Shown in pieces: positions 1-7,715 of a stretch of 27,497 bases of DNA; position 1 is the first letter of the stretch; every line of letters begins with the position of its first letter. The position numbers were made by a program, and so were the translations under genes. The DNA is from Anaerolineales bacterium. GTDB taxonomy: Bacteria; Chloroflexota; Anaerolineae; Anaerolineales; UBA4823. The stretch is taken from contig JADYYC010000210.1 of assembly GCA_020853835.1 (NCBI GenBank), positions 1 to 27,497 on the forward strand, written 5' to 3'. The notes under the pieces were generated by a model. The model was not told where the DNA came from, did not search any database, and saw nothing but the letters and a program-made list of their open reading frames with translations.

Positions 1-2
1 CA

Positions 3-236
3 ACCCAATCGGATATTCTTACAGTGGATGAAGCTGCGGAATTGCTCAAGATACCACGTTCTTCGGTTTACACCCTGGCACAACAGGGGAGAATTCCTGC
101 CAAAAAAGTGGGCAGGCATTGGAGGTTCCATCGAGGAGTTCTACTGCGCTATGTGGCAGGTCTCGCTGACCAAGATTTACCGAATGCCAGCCAAGAATCC
201 ATCCCGCCGATTGTGGTTAAACCACCCATTGATTAG
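3..236 (+). CDS. Excisionase-family (HTH_17/MerR-like) DNA-binding protein, 5' end outside the window
   Basis: The frame is open from base 3 and reads TQSDILTVDEAAELLKIPRSSVYTLAQQGRIPAKKVGRHWRF, matching the excisionase pattern LTxxEAAxLLxIxxxxVYxLxxxGxIPAxKVGxxWRF. The GTG at 24 lies inside the motif, so the true start is upstream. Confidence 0.88.
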   Translation, partial: TQSDILTVDEAAELLKIPRSSVYTLAQQGRIPAKKVGRHWRFHRGVLLRYVAGLADQDLPNASQESIPPIVVKPPID

Positions 237-251
237 GTCTTTCACGAAGCC

Positions 252-576
252 ATGGCGAGGATATACCCAGAACATCTACCTGAGAGCGTAACAAGCGATC
301 CTGGCCGCCAAGCCGAGTGCAAAGTCTATTCTCGCCTAAAAACGCTACCCGAAAGGTATGTCATTTTTTATAGCGTTCATTGGCAGGCTCATTCAGCAAC
401 CTGGGGAGTGAGTGTACAGTCACAGTGAAGGAGGGAATGTATATCCAACAAAAGACCCCATCGAGCAAGGCCGGCAGAATCATTAAGACCTGCCTATCGA
501 GATGTTTGTCGATTGTCAAGATATTGAAATGATTGACCACCAATACAGGGGACGTTCATCTCTATCTCAGAGGTGA
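252..576 (+). pseudogene. NERD-domain nuclease(-helicase) remnant with internal deletions and stops
   Basis: ATG at 252 gives MARIYPEHLPESVTSDPGRQAECKVYSRLKTLPERYVIFYSVHWQAHSATWGVSVQSQ* (58 aa, stop 426-428), which resembles a NERD N-terminus. Another frame from about 415 gives YSHSEGGNVYPTKDPIEQGRQNH*DLPIEMFVDCQDIEMI, containing the NERD 'KDPxEQ' motif. The catalytic ExDF...EVKGG segment is absent. Confidence 0.7.
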
Positions 577-588
577 TCAAAAGTCAAA

Positions 589-623
589 AAAGTGCAAATA
601 ACTGATTGCATTATTTGCACTTT
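589..623. repeat. Perfect 13-bp inverted repeat (candidate operator)
   Basis: AAAGTGCAAATAA (589-601), 9-nt spacer, TTATTTGCACTTT (611-623). Confidence 0.9.
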
Positions 624-634
624 AGACATAAAAT
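606..634 (+). promoter_or_regulatory. sigma70-type promoter for the fic gene
   Basis: TTGCAT (606-611), 17 nt, TAAAAT (629-634), ending 38 nt upstream of the ATG at 673. Confidence 0.55.
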
Positions 635-672
635 GACAACAGAAGACACCCATATTTGTAAACTTACCCCTC

Positions 673-1821
673 ATGGATCCTGATAATTTCTCTAGCGCCG
701 CCCCTGGGCGCGTGCTCCGTACATCGAAAGGATATTGGGCATTCGTACCTGACCCACTGCCTCCTACTATCGAATGGTCGACCTCGCTGATCTCCGCCTT
801 AGGTGAGGCGGAACGCAACCTGGGCCGGCTGGCCAGCCTGGCAGATACACTACCTTCGCCGTATATCCTGGTGCGCCCGTTTATCCGACGCGAGGCAGTG
901 CTTTCTTCCCGTATCGAAGGGACGCACGCTTCGTTGGTGGACCTGTACCAATATGAATCGGCGCAATTATCCTTTTTCGAAGACGCCTCAGATGTGCGTG
1001 AGGTGCACAACTACGTGCGCGCTCTGGACTACGGCCTGGAGCGTTCAAAGACCTTGCCGGTGAGCCTGCGCCTGATCAGGGAGATGCATGGAATACTGAT
1101 GGACGGCGTGCGCGGTGAGCACCTCACGCCGGGTGAGTTTCGCCGCAGCCAGAATTGGATTGGCCCACCTGGCAGTACCATCGAGAGCGCCACTATTGTC
1201 CCGCCGCCAGTCGGCGAGATGCACCAGGCTCTGGATAGCCTCGAAAAATTTATCCACACTCCTTCGGATATCCCACAGCTGGCACGCGCCGGTTTGATCC
1301 ATTACCAGTTCGAGGCTATCCATCCTTTCCTGGATGGGAACGGGCGGGTAGGGCGCTTGTTAGTGACCTTGTTGCTGGTCGAGTGGGGATTGATCTCCCA
1401 GCCATTGCTCTACCTGAGCGCTTTTTTTGAGGCTCGTAGGCTGGATTATTACGACCGCTTGCTGATGGTCAGCCAGCGCGGCGAATGGGAGAAGTGGTTG
1501 TTCTTTTTCTTCAAAGGGGTCAGCAGCCAATCTCTGGATGCTATTACCCGCATCGAGCGCCTTGGGCAATTGCGCTCAGCCTACCAGGAGCGCCTTCGGA
1601 TGGAGCGGGCAGAGGCGCGGTTACTGCAAACCCTGGACGTGCTCTTCGAGCGCCCGATACTGAATATTCGGCAGCTTGAGTCGGCGTTGAATGTACCCTA
1701 CCGGACGGCACAGCGATATATCGAGAGGTTGGAGGGGATCGGTATCCTGCGAGAGGTGACCGGGCAGGCGCGCAATCGCTTGTATCGGGCGGATGAGATT
1801 GTTCGAGCCTTAGAAGGTTGA
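673..1821 (+). CDS. fic: Fic family protein (class II, N-terminal inhibitory motif, C-terminal winged-HTH-like region)
   Basis: Canonical HPFLDGNGRVGR active-site motif and N-terminal SSRIEG autoinhibition motif. The C-terminus (RPILNIRQLESALNVPYRTAQRYIERLEGIGILREVTG) looks like a wHTH. Confidence 0.95.
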   Translation: MDPDNFSSAAPGRVLRTSKGYWAFVPDPLPPTIEWSTSLISALGEAERNLGRLASLADTLPSPYILVRPFIRREAVLSSRIEGTHASLVDLYQYESAQLSFFEDASDVREVHNYVRALDYGLERSKTLPVSLRLIREMHGILMDGVRGEHLTPGEFRRSQNWIGPPGSTIESATIVPPPVGEMHQALDSLEKFIHTPSDIPQLARAGLIHYQFEAIHPFLDGNGRVGRLLVTLLLVEWGLISQPLLYLSAFFEARRLDYYDRLLMVSQRGEWEKWLFFFFKGVSSQSLDAITRIERLGQLRSAYQERLRMERAEARLLQTLDVLFERPILNIRQLESALNVPYRTAQRYIERLEGIGILREVTGQARNRLYRADEIVRALEG

Positions 1822-1938
1822 CTGGTCTGACGGTTGATGTTGATACAGAGCATGTTTTTTATTGTATAGTATAAGAGTAACGGGGACAGTTGTTCTTGGA
1901 TTGATTGGGAGATGGGTTGAGGAGTAAGGTGAACGGAA

Positions 1939-2679
1939 ATGACCCGCAGTGACGATCTCGAAGATATCAGGCAAGCCCTATTCGATTGCAGTCAGAATTT
2001 CGAATCAGAAGCGCTACTACCTACGGTTATTCCAGAAGCAGCGCCCCTGGTTGCTTCCGATCCGTACGCCTTCAGCCTTGCAACCTGTCTGGATCGGGGG
2101 ACGAAAGCGGATATCATCTGGACGATCCCTTATGATATTCAGCAGTATTTGGGGCATCTGGATCCTCACCGCATTTACCAGATGTCATTAGATGAACTGG
2201 CGGACTTGTTTGCTCACCTGCCGCGGCGCCCGCGTTACATCAACGATGCGCCTCGCACGTTGAAAGAGCTTACCAGGATTGTGGTTGAGGAATGTGGAGG
2301 CGATGCTTCGAATATCTGGAAAGGTAAGCGCGCTTCGGAAGTCAAGCGCACTTTTATGAGCATTCACGGCGTTGGCTCAGGGATCGCCAGCATGGCGGTG
2401 TTACTTATTGAAGCAGCTTTTACAATCCGCTTCGATGACCTTGACCGAAAAAATATGGATATCAAGCCCGATGTTCACACCATCCGAGTTCTCTACCGGC
2501 TTGGCGTCAGCCAGGCGAAAACCGAGCGGGCAGCCGTCGAAGCGGCGCGGCGCTTGAATCCGGAATATCCTGGGGCAGTGGACGGCCCTTTGTGGAATAT
2601 CGGGCGAACGTGGTGCCACGCCCTTGCCCCAAAATGCTCGCTTTGTTGTATGGAACGGGTTTGCGCTAAAAGGTTTTAG
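1939..2679 (+). CDS. HhH-GPD superfamily (endonuclease III-like) DNA glycosylase with C-terminal [4Fe-4S] motif
   Basis: HhH motif FMSIHGVGSGIA, catalytic-Asp motif IKPDVHTIRV and C-x6-C-x2-C-x5-C (CHALAPKCSLCCMERVC). Purine-rich RBS region upstream (GGAG/AAGGTG). Confidence 0.88.
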   Translation: MTRSDDLEDIRQALFDCSQNFESEALLPTVIPEAAPLVASDPYAFSLATCLDRGTKADIIWTIPYDIQQYLGHLDPHRIYQMSLDELADLFAHLPRRPRYINDAPRTLKELTRIVVEECGGDASNIWKGKRASEVKRTFMSIHGVGSGIASMAVLLIEAAFTIRFDDLDRKNMDIKPDVHTIRVLYRLGVSQAKTERAAVEAARRLNPEYPGAVDGPLWNIGRTWCHALAPKCSLCCMERVCAKRF

Positions 2680-2921
2680 GCTTGCTCTTTGCGAACTGCC
2701 CGAATTTCTTCACAAATGTCCACCGGCAGTTTCTTCGACATATGCTTGGGCGCTCGAGAACGATCCACAAGCGCTTGCCAGTCACTGGCTTCGAAACAAC
2801 GCTTTTGCCATTTGTACACCCAGGCCAAGGATCGCTTCACTTCCTGGGCCACTTCTGTCGGTGTCCTTCCGCTGCGTAGAAGATAGATTGCTGTGCGTCA
2901 GATTGCCAATTCATCGCTCAT
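2676..2921 (-). pseudogene. N-terminal HTH fragment of an IS481-like transposase
   Basis: Minus strand reads MSDELAI*RTAIYLLRSGRTPTEVAQEVKRSLAWVYKWQKRCFEASDWQALVDRSRAPKHMSKKLPVDICEEIRAVRKEQA*, with an in-frame TGA at 2898-2900 and an AGGTG RBS upstream. 'WxYKWxKR...L.DRSRAP' is typical of IS481-type transposases. No DDE core is present. Confidence 0.8.
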
Positions 2922-3038
2922 GGTTTCACCTGCTTTCACTAAGATCACGAGTAGGTGAATTCTAGCTAGAGCAGTGGATTCCACGATGTCTTGAAGGTGA
3001 GTAGGTTAGACCTTTCTACAATGTTCTGAAGGTTCACA
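2676..3038 (-). mobile_element. Truncated IS481-family element (left end only)
   Basis: Minus strand reads ACTAGT (3044-3039) followed by TGTGAACCTTCAGAACATTGTA. A TGT terminus and NCTAGN target are IS481 hallmarks, and from memory the end resembles the B. pertussis IS481 end TGTGAAGATTCAATAGGTTGTA. Confidence 0.65.
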
Positions 3039-3039
3039 A

Positions 3040-3762
3040 CTAGTAGCTCCAAGTTTCGTGCTTCAAAGGGGCACGGTTCAACTGGTCACGATATAGCCGC
3101 CACTGGGGCATAAATTGGTTCATGTAATCCACAAACGCCTCGTTGTGTCTGCGCTCCAACAAATGCACCATTTCATGGACAAGGATAAATTCAAGGCAAG
3201 GAGCAGGCTTCTTCGCCAATTCCAGATTGAGCCAGATGCGGCGCGCCTCGATGTTGCACGTGCCCCACTTGGTTTTCATTTGCTTGATACCCCAATCCGC
3301 CACTTGAACACCGATTTTACTTTCCCATCTGACAATCAGTGGCGGGACAGTCTGCCGTAGGTGCACCCGGTACCAGGCAAGCATCACGCGCTCGCGCTGG
3401 AGCATGGTGCTTTGAGGGCGCACAAACAGGTCGATGATCTTCTTATTACGCACGACTACCTGGCAGTTCCCGTCGCGCTCTGTGACATTTAGCAGGTATC
3501 GTCTGCCTTGAAAATAATGACTTTCCCCACTGACATATTCACGAGGGGTTTCACGATCCTGTTCTTCAAACTTGCCCTGCTGGCGCTTGATCCAGGCCAG
3601 CTTGGATATGACCGCAAGGCGCACAGCCTCATCGCTTACTAAAAGCGGTGCGGCGACACGAACCCTGCCCGTCGGCGGGTAAACTGCCAGATGCAGGTTT
3701 TTGATATCTTTGCGGACAACGTCCACGACCAGGCCATTGACCTCAATCTGGTGCATTTTCAA
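3040..3762 (-). CDS. M48/YgjP-like (DUF45) zinc metallopeptidase-family protein
   Basis: HExxH motif in LVHEMVHLLERRHN, plus MKTKWGTC and N-terminal VRVAAP. The start overlaps the hsdR stop by 4 nt. Confidence 0.92.
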   Translation of the reverse strand: MKMHQIEVNGLVVDVVRKDIKNLHLAVYPPTGRVRVAAPLLVSDEAVRLAVISKLAWIKRQQGKFEEQDRETPREYVSGESHYFQGRRYLLNVTERDGNCQVVVRNKKIIDLFVRPQSTMLQRERVMLAWYRVHLRQTVPPLIVRWESKIGVQVADWGIKQMKTKWGTCNIEARRIWLNLELAKKPAPCLEFILVHEMVHLLERRHNEAFVDYMNQFMPQWRLYRDQLNRAPLKHETWSY

Positions 3763-6700
3763 TACCCGCGCTGGTTCTTCACTAGCTCAAAGATGCGCTC
3801 TGCTTCAGCTTCGTCGGGCACATGCTGAGAAATGACGTAACGGATTTGTCGTTCTTTGATAACGTGCCCGCGCCAATCATCTTTGCGAGTGGCGAGGATT
3901 TCTTGGTCCAGGGCGATGGCCAGCTCTTCGTTTTTGCCAAGGTTATCGTAAAGGGCGCGGCGGGCAGCCGTATTGAGCTTCTTAGGATAAGTGGCAACGT
4001 TAGGGTTTACCACCTGTTTGGTCAACTCGACCAACTTCTTCAGGTACTCTTCGTATTGGCGCGCCTGCTCTTTTCGCTCTTTGATCAGGTTGTCCAGCAG
4101 CTCAGACATTCGTTCGTAATACCTGGGGTTGATCGGCCGCTCGTCGATGATGACCCGGCGCAGGTTGTTTTCGATAGTCTCCGCCGCGGCGTCCTGGCTA
4201 CTGGCGATACCCGGTGGGAGCTGGTCCACGGCCTGTGGGCCGCGCTCGACAATGAGCTGGATCAGGGTCATATCATCAAAGGCCGATATCTTGCGGCTCT
4301 CGTCGGCGTGGATGTAGGTGTCAATCAGATGGCGCATGGCAGGCTCGTACATTTTCAGGTCAATGTAGTCGCCGCTGGCCAGCTTGATTTCGCTGCGCAC
4401 ATTTTCAAAGTATTCTACTTCGTGCTTGATGGTTTCAATCTCTGGCGCCGAATAACCAGCATCCGGCAGCTCGTTAGCGATGTTGGCATAGGCACGGATG
4501 AGCGAGACAGTCAGTTTGTAGAGGGCGATGCGCTTGGGCTCGTTATCCTTGAGGGCGTCTTTGTCGGCGGTGTCTTTTGCACAGAAATAACGGATGTAGG
4601 CAGCGCTATCTTTCGGCGGGTCAACCGGCTCGCATAAAGCCTTGATGGCTTCGCGGGCTTCCTCCAGCCTCTCTTTGGCTTTGTCCAGTCGATTGGTCAA
4701 CAAGCCCAGCACATCCTCTTTATCGTAGGCGTCGAAAGCGCCGGAGGTGTAATCGGTTACGGCGCCTTCCAGGCTCTGGAACAGGTCTTTGTAGTCGATG
4801 ATGTAGCCATACTCCTTGTCGTCGGTGTCGAGGCGGTTGACGCGACAGATAGCCTGGAACAGGCCGTGATCACGCATTTGCTTGTCGATATAGAGATAGG
4901 TCGCGGGCGGGGCGTCGAAGCCGGTGAGCAATTTATCCACGACGATCAGCAGCTTCATCTGCCCTGGTTCGTGGATAAATTTATCCTTGACTTCTTTCTC
5001 AAATACCTCCACGTCTTTCCCGTTGAGCATACGGTCATAGATATCGTATTGGCGCAGCCGTTCGGTGAGGCCTTCGCCGGTTTCCTCGCCTTTGATATCC
5101 GACGAGTTTGGCCGATAGGAGGTAATGATGGCGCATTTATGGAAGCCCTGGGAGGTGAACAGCTCGTAAAACTTGCACGCCTGGTAGATGCTGCCAGAGA
5201 CCAGCAGGGCATTGCCGGTCCCGTTTTGCAAGCGATCTCGGGTTTCAAAGTCAAGCAAAATATCAGCCACAATTTTCTCCAGCCGCGACTGGGCGCTGAG
5301 CACGGTTTGCATGGTGCCCCAGCGCTGCTTGAGCTGGGCACGCGCGACGTCGCTCAGGCCGCGGGTCTTCAGGTCGAACCACTGGTCGATCTTTGCCTGT
5401 GAGGTGATGGCCTGTTCGATATCACGGGCTTCGTAGCGCAAGTCAAGCACCACCTTGTCCCTGACTGCCTCGTCGTATTTATAGGTGTGGATATAGCTGC
5501 CGAAGACTTCGATGCTCTTTTGCTTGTCGGCTTTCAACAATGGCGTGCCCGTAAAGCCGATAAACACGGCGTTGGGCAGGATGCTTTTCATAGCCTTATG
5601 CAGCTCGCCGGATTGCGTGCGGTGACATTCATCGACAAAGACGTAGATATCGCCTTTGGCTTTGAAGTCTTTGGGCAGGCTCCTTTTTAGCTCCTCGATA
5701 TAGCCCTCAACATCGCTCTCTTCGCGACCGGCAAATTTATGGATCAGCGAACACATCAGCCAGGGCAGGGCTGCATTGAGGCAATCGACCAGATCGCGGC
5801 CGCTCTTTGTGCGGTAGATTTGTTCACCCGCGCCGGAGAACTTGCCTTCGATCTGTTCATCGAGTTCGATGCGATCGGTGATGATCAGGACCCTGGCATT
5901 CTTTATGTTTTCGCGGATCCAGCGGGCAAGCCAGACCATGGTCAGGCTCTTGCCGCTGCCCTGGGTGTGCCAGATGATGCCGCCTTCGCGCGTGCGGAGG
6001 CGCTGCTGGGCGGCTTTGACGCCAAAGTACTGGTTGTGACGGCAAACCTTCTTGGTCCCCGCATCGAAGACGATGAAGCCGTGGATAATCTCGAGCAAGC
6101 GTTCTTTCTGGCAGAGCTGGGTCAGGGCGCGGTCGAGCGGGTTCTCGATCGAGCTGTCTTCTTTCCATGCCAGGTAATATTTCTCCGGGGTCTCGATGGT
6201 GCCGTATCGCAGGCCTTCGGTATCATTGCCCGCCATGACGAGCTGGATCGTGGAAAAGAAGCCCTGGATAAATATCTTCTTCTGGTTATCCAGGTTCTGG
6301 CGGATGCCCTCGGATACGGAGACGGTGGAACGCTTGAGCTCCAAGACGCCCAGAGCGATGCCGTTGACATAAAGCACGATGTCGGGGCGCTTGGTATGCT
6401 GCCCCGTGACGGTGACTTCTTCGGCGATCGCAAAGTGGTTGTTGAGCGGGTTATCCCAGTCGATCAGCCAGACCGTCTGGTTGTTCATGCCCGCCTCGGG
6501 CTGAACCTGCACGCCATATCGCAGCAGGTTGTAAACATCTTTGTTGATGTAATACAGGTCCCGGCTCTGGTCGCCGGCGGCTTTGTTGAGCTCATAGAGG
6601 GCTTTGTGAATGAGCTCATCGCTGACTTTCTGCTGTATCAGAAAATCTTGCAGCAAACCTTCTTCGATGTTGCGGTTGTCGGGACGTTCTTCCCAGTTGC

Positions 6701-6785
6701 CGAGGTATTGATATTGGAGCCTCTCGCGGAACAACCCCACGATGCGATCTTGAGTTCTGCGCTCTTTCTGTCCTACGATGCCCAT
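3759..6785 (-). CDS. hsdR: Type I restriction enzyme R subunit
   Basis: Nuclease motif RPDIVLYVNGIALGVLELK. Helicase motifs WHTQGSGKS, VDECHR, GFTGTP, IVVDKLLTGFDAP and QAICRVNR. 1008 aa. Confidence 0.97.
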   Translation of the reverse strand: MGIVGQKERRTQDRIVGLFRERLQYQYLGNWEERPDNRNIEEGLLQDFLIQQKVSDELIHKALYELNKAAGDQSRDLYYINKDVYNLLRYGVQVQPEAGMNNQTVWLIDWDNPLNNHFAIAEEVTVTGQHTKRPDIVLYVNGIALGVLELKRSTVSVSEGIRQNLDNQKKIFIQGFFSTIQLVMAGNDTEGLRYGTIETPEKYYLAWKEDSSIENPLDRALTQLCQKERLLEIIHGFIVFDAGTKKVCRHNQYFGVKAAQQRLRTREGGIIWHTQGSGKSLTMVWLARWIRENIKNARVLIITDRIELDEQIEGKFSGAGEQIYRTKSGRDLVDCLNAALPWLMCSLIHKFAGREESDVEGYIEELKRSLPKDFKAKGDIYVFVDECHRTQSGELHKAMKSILPNAVFIGFTGTPLLKADKQKSIEVFGSYIHTYKYDEAVRDKVVLDLRYEARDIEQAITSQAKIDQWFDLKTRGLSDVARAQLKQRWGTMQTVLSAQSRLEKIVADILLDFETRDRLQNGTGNALLVSGSIYQACKFYELFTSQGFHKCAIITSYRPNSSDIKGEETGEGLTERLRQYDIYDRMLNGKDVEVFEKEVKDKFIHEPGQMKLLIVVDKLLTGFDAPPATYLYIDKQMRDHGLFQAICRVNRLDTDDKEYGYIIDYKDLFQSLEGAVTDYTSGAFDAYDKEDVLGLLTNRLDKAKERLEEAREAIKALCEPVDPPKDSAAYIRYFCAKDTADKDALKDNEPKRIALYKLTVSLIRAYANIANELPDAGYSAPEIETIKHEVEYFENVRSEIKLASGDYIDLKMYEPAMRHLIDTYIHADESRKISAFDDMTLIQLIVERGPQAVDQLPPGIASSQDAAAETIENNLRRVIIDERPINPRYYERMSELLDNLIKERKEQARQYEEYLKKLVELTKQVVNPNVATYPKKLNTAARRALYDNLGKNEELAIALDQEILATRKDDWRGHVIKERQIRYVISQHVPDEAEAERIFELVKNQRGY

Positions 6786-6786
6786 G

Positions 6787-7713
6787 TCACGCCTTCACCA
6801 GTTTGAAGCTGATCTTGTAACGGTAGAACTCTATGCTCGAGGAGACCGCCAGCGCTCTGCGAATTCTCTGATCATCTTCCTGGGCAATGATGATACCCTT
6901 GACGCTTTGCCCTTCTTCCGCCAGCTCTTCCTGCACATAGCCCATATAGCGAAGCGTCTGGCCAACGACCACATCGCTGGCGCGGCCTTTCTTCAGCTCT
7001 ACCACCAGGAGCGTCTTCTTGTCTTTGCTGATAGCAAAAATGTCAATGGGGCCGGTGTCAGTGGGGTATTGTTGGCCAACGCGCTCGCCGTCTTCCTCGT
7101 ATATGTCGAATTCCTTGCCCAGATTGGTTTGCGACCAATTCCGAACTAGAAAATCTTCCAGGTGCTGCTCCATCGCAAAGGCCAAAGCGTCTTCGACCGT
7201 CTCGTCTGTAACGACGAGCTTTGGAGCAGACACGCCAGCGATCAGTTTTTCAATTTCGTCCTGATATGGTGAAATATTGATGACGGCAGCGGCCGCGCCA
7301 GCCGCCCTTTTTAGCGCCTCGCTCATATCGGCGCGCTCGATGGTCTGGCTGAGCCACTGGACAGGGCGGCGGTGCGGCAGCACATCCCCGGGTTGATAAT
7401 AGTAATCCCCATCGACTTCGCCCACATGATAGTGGCCCTTCCCATCGTGGCAAAGTATGATGTCGTCTCCGACAATCCCCTTTGAGACCATCCAGATTGC
7501 CCCGCAGCCCAGGCCAGCCGCGGAGCGCGACTTACCGGGGTTATTCTCAAGAAAGACCGGAATAAATTTTCGGTTGAAGGCGCGCCAGTTTTCCGCCAGC
7601 TCATCCTTTAAGTCCTGATGGATGCCGTAGTCGGCGCCGATGAATTTGCCGGCAATGCACTCCGGTGCATGGACGCTTTTTTTGCCTAGCATAATTCGGT
7701 AGTAGTTTTTCAT
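6787..7713 (-). CDS. NucS/DUF91-like PD-(D/E)xK endonuclease fused to an uncharacterised N-terminal domain
   Basis: The C-terminal EQHLEDFL...GQQYPTDTGPIDIFAISKDKKTLLVVELKKGRASDVVVGQTLRYMG has the ID-x-ELK and GQxxRY motifs. The N-terminal 160 aa (GDDIILC...YHVGEVDGDYYY...PHRRPVQW) resembles the N-terminus of Mrr-like restriction proteins. Confidence 0.85.
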   Translation of the reverse strand: MKNYYRIMLGKKSVHAPECIAGKFIGADYGIHQDLKDELAENWRAFNRKFIPVFLENNPGKSRSAAGLGCGAIWMVSKGIVGDDIILCHDGKGHYHVGEVDGDYYYQPGDVLPHRRPVQWLSQTIERADMSEALKRAAGAAAAVINISPYQDEIEKLIAGVSAPKLVVTDETVEDALAFAMEQHLEDFLVRNWSQTNLGKEFDIYEEDGERVGQQYPTDTGPIDIFAISKDKKTLLVVELKKGRASDVVVGQTLRYMGYVQEELAEEGQSVKGIIIAQEDDQRIRRALAVSSSIEFYRYKISFKLVKA

Positions 7714-7715
7714 TT

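Noticed and set aside
431-533. AAGGAGGGA followed by ATG and a 31-codon ORF (MYIQQKTPSS...)
   Set aside because: The SD-like string is the coding sequence for E-G-G in the NERD frame and the peptide has no recognisable features.
361-543. 60-aa minus-strand ORF
   Set aside because: It is antisense to the NERD remnant, which explains this DNA better.
1840-1875. TTGATA...TATAGT promoter upstream of the glycosylase
   Set aside because: The 19-nt spacer is suboptimal. It is plausible but not supportable as a feature.
1939-2679. Calling this gene nth or mutY
   Set aside because: It lacks the Nth lyase lysine and the MutY C-terminal domain, and the N-terminus is divergent.
2624-2965. + strand ORFs of 113, 65 and 65 aa
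   Set aside because: They are antisense to the IS481 transposase stub.
3822-7149. Antisense ORFs of 271, 178, 355 and 123 aa over hsdR and the nuclease gene
   Set aside because: Same shadow effect: rich in V/D/L/G, no domains, and fully overlapping well-supported genes.
6787-7713. Calling this gene nucS (mismatch repair EndoMS)
   Set aside because: Only the C-terminal nuclease domain is NucS-like. The N-terminus and RM-operon context do not fit the repair enzyme.
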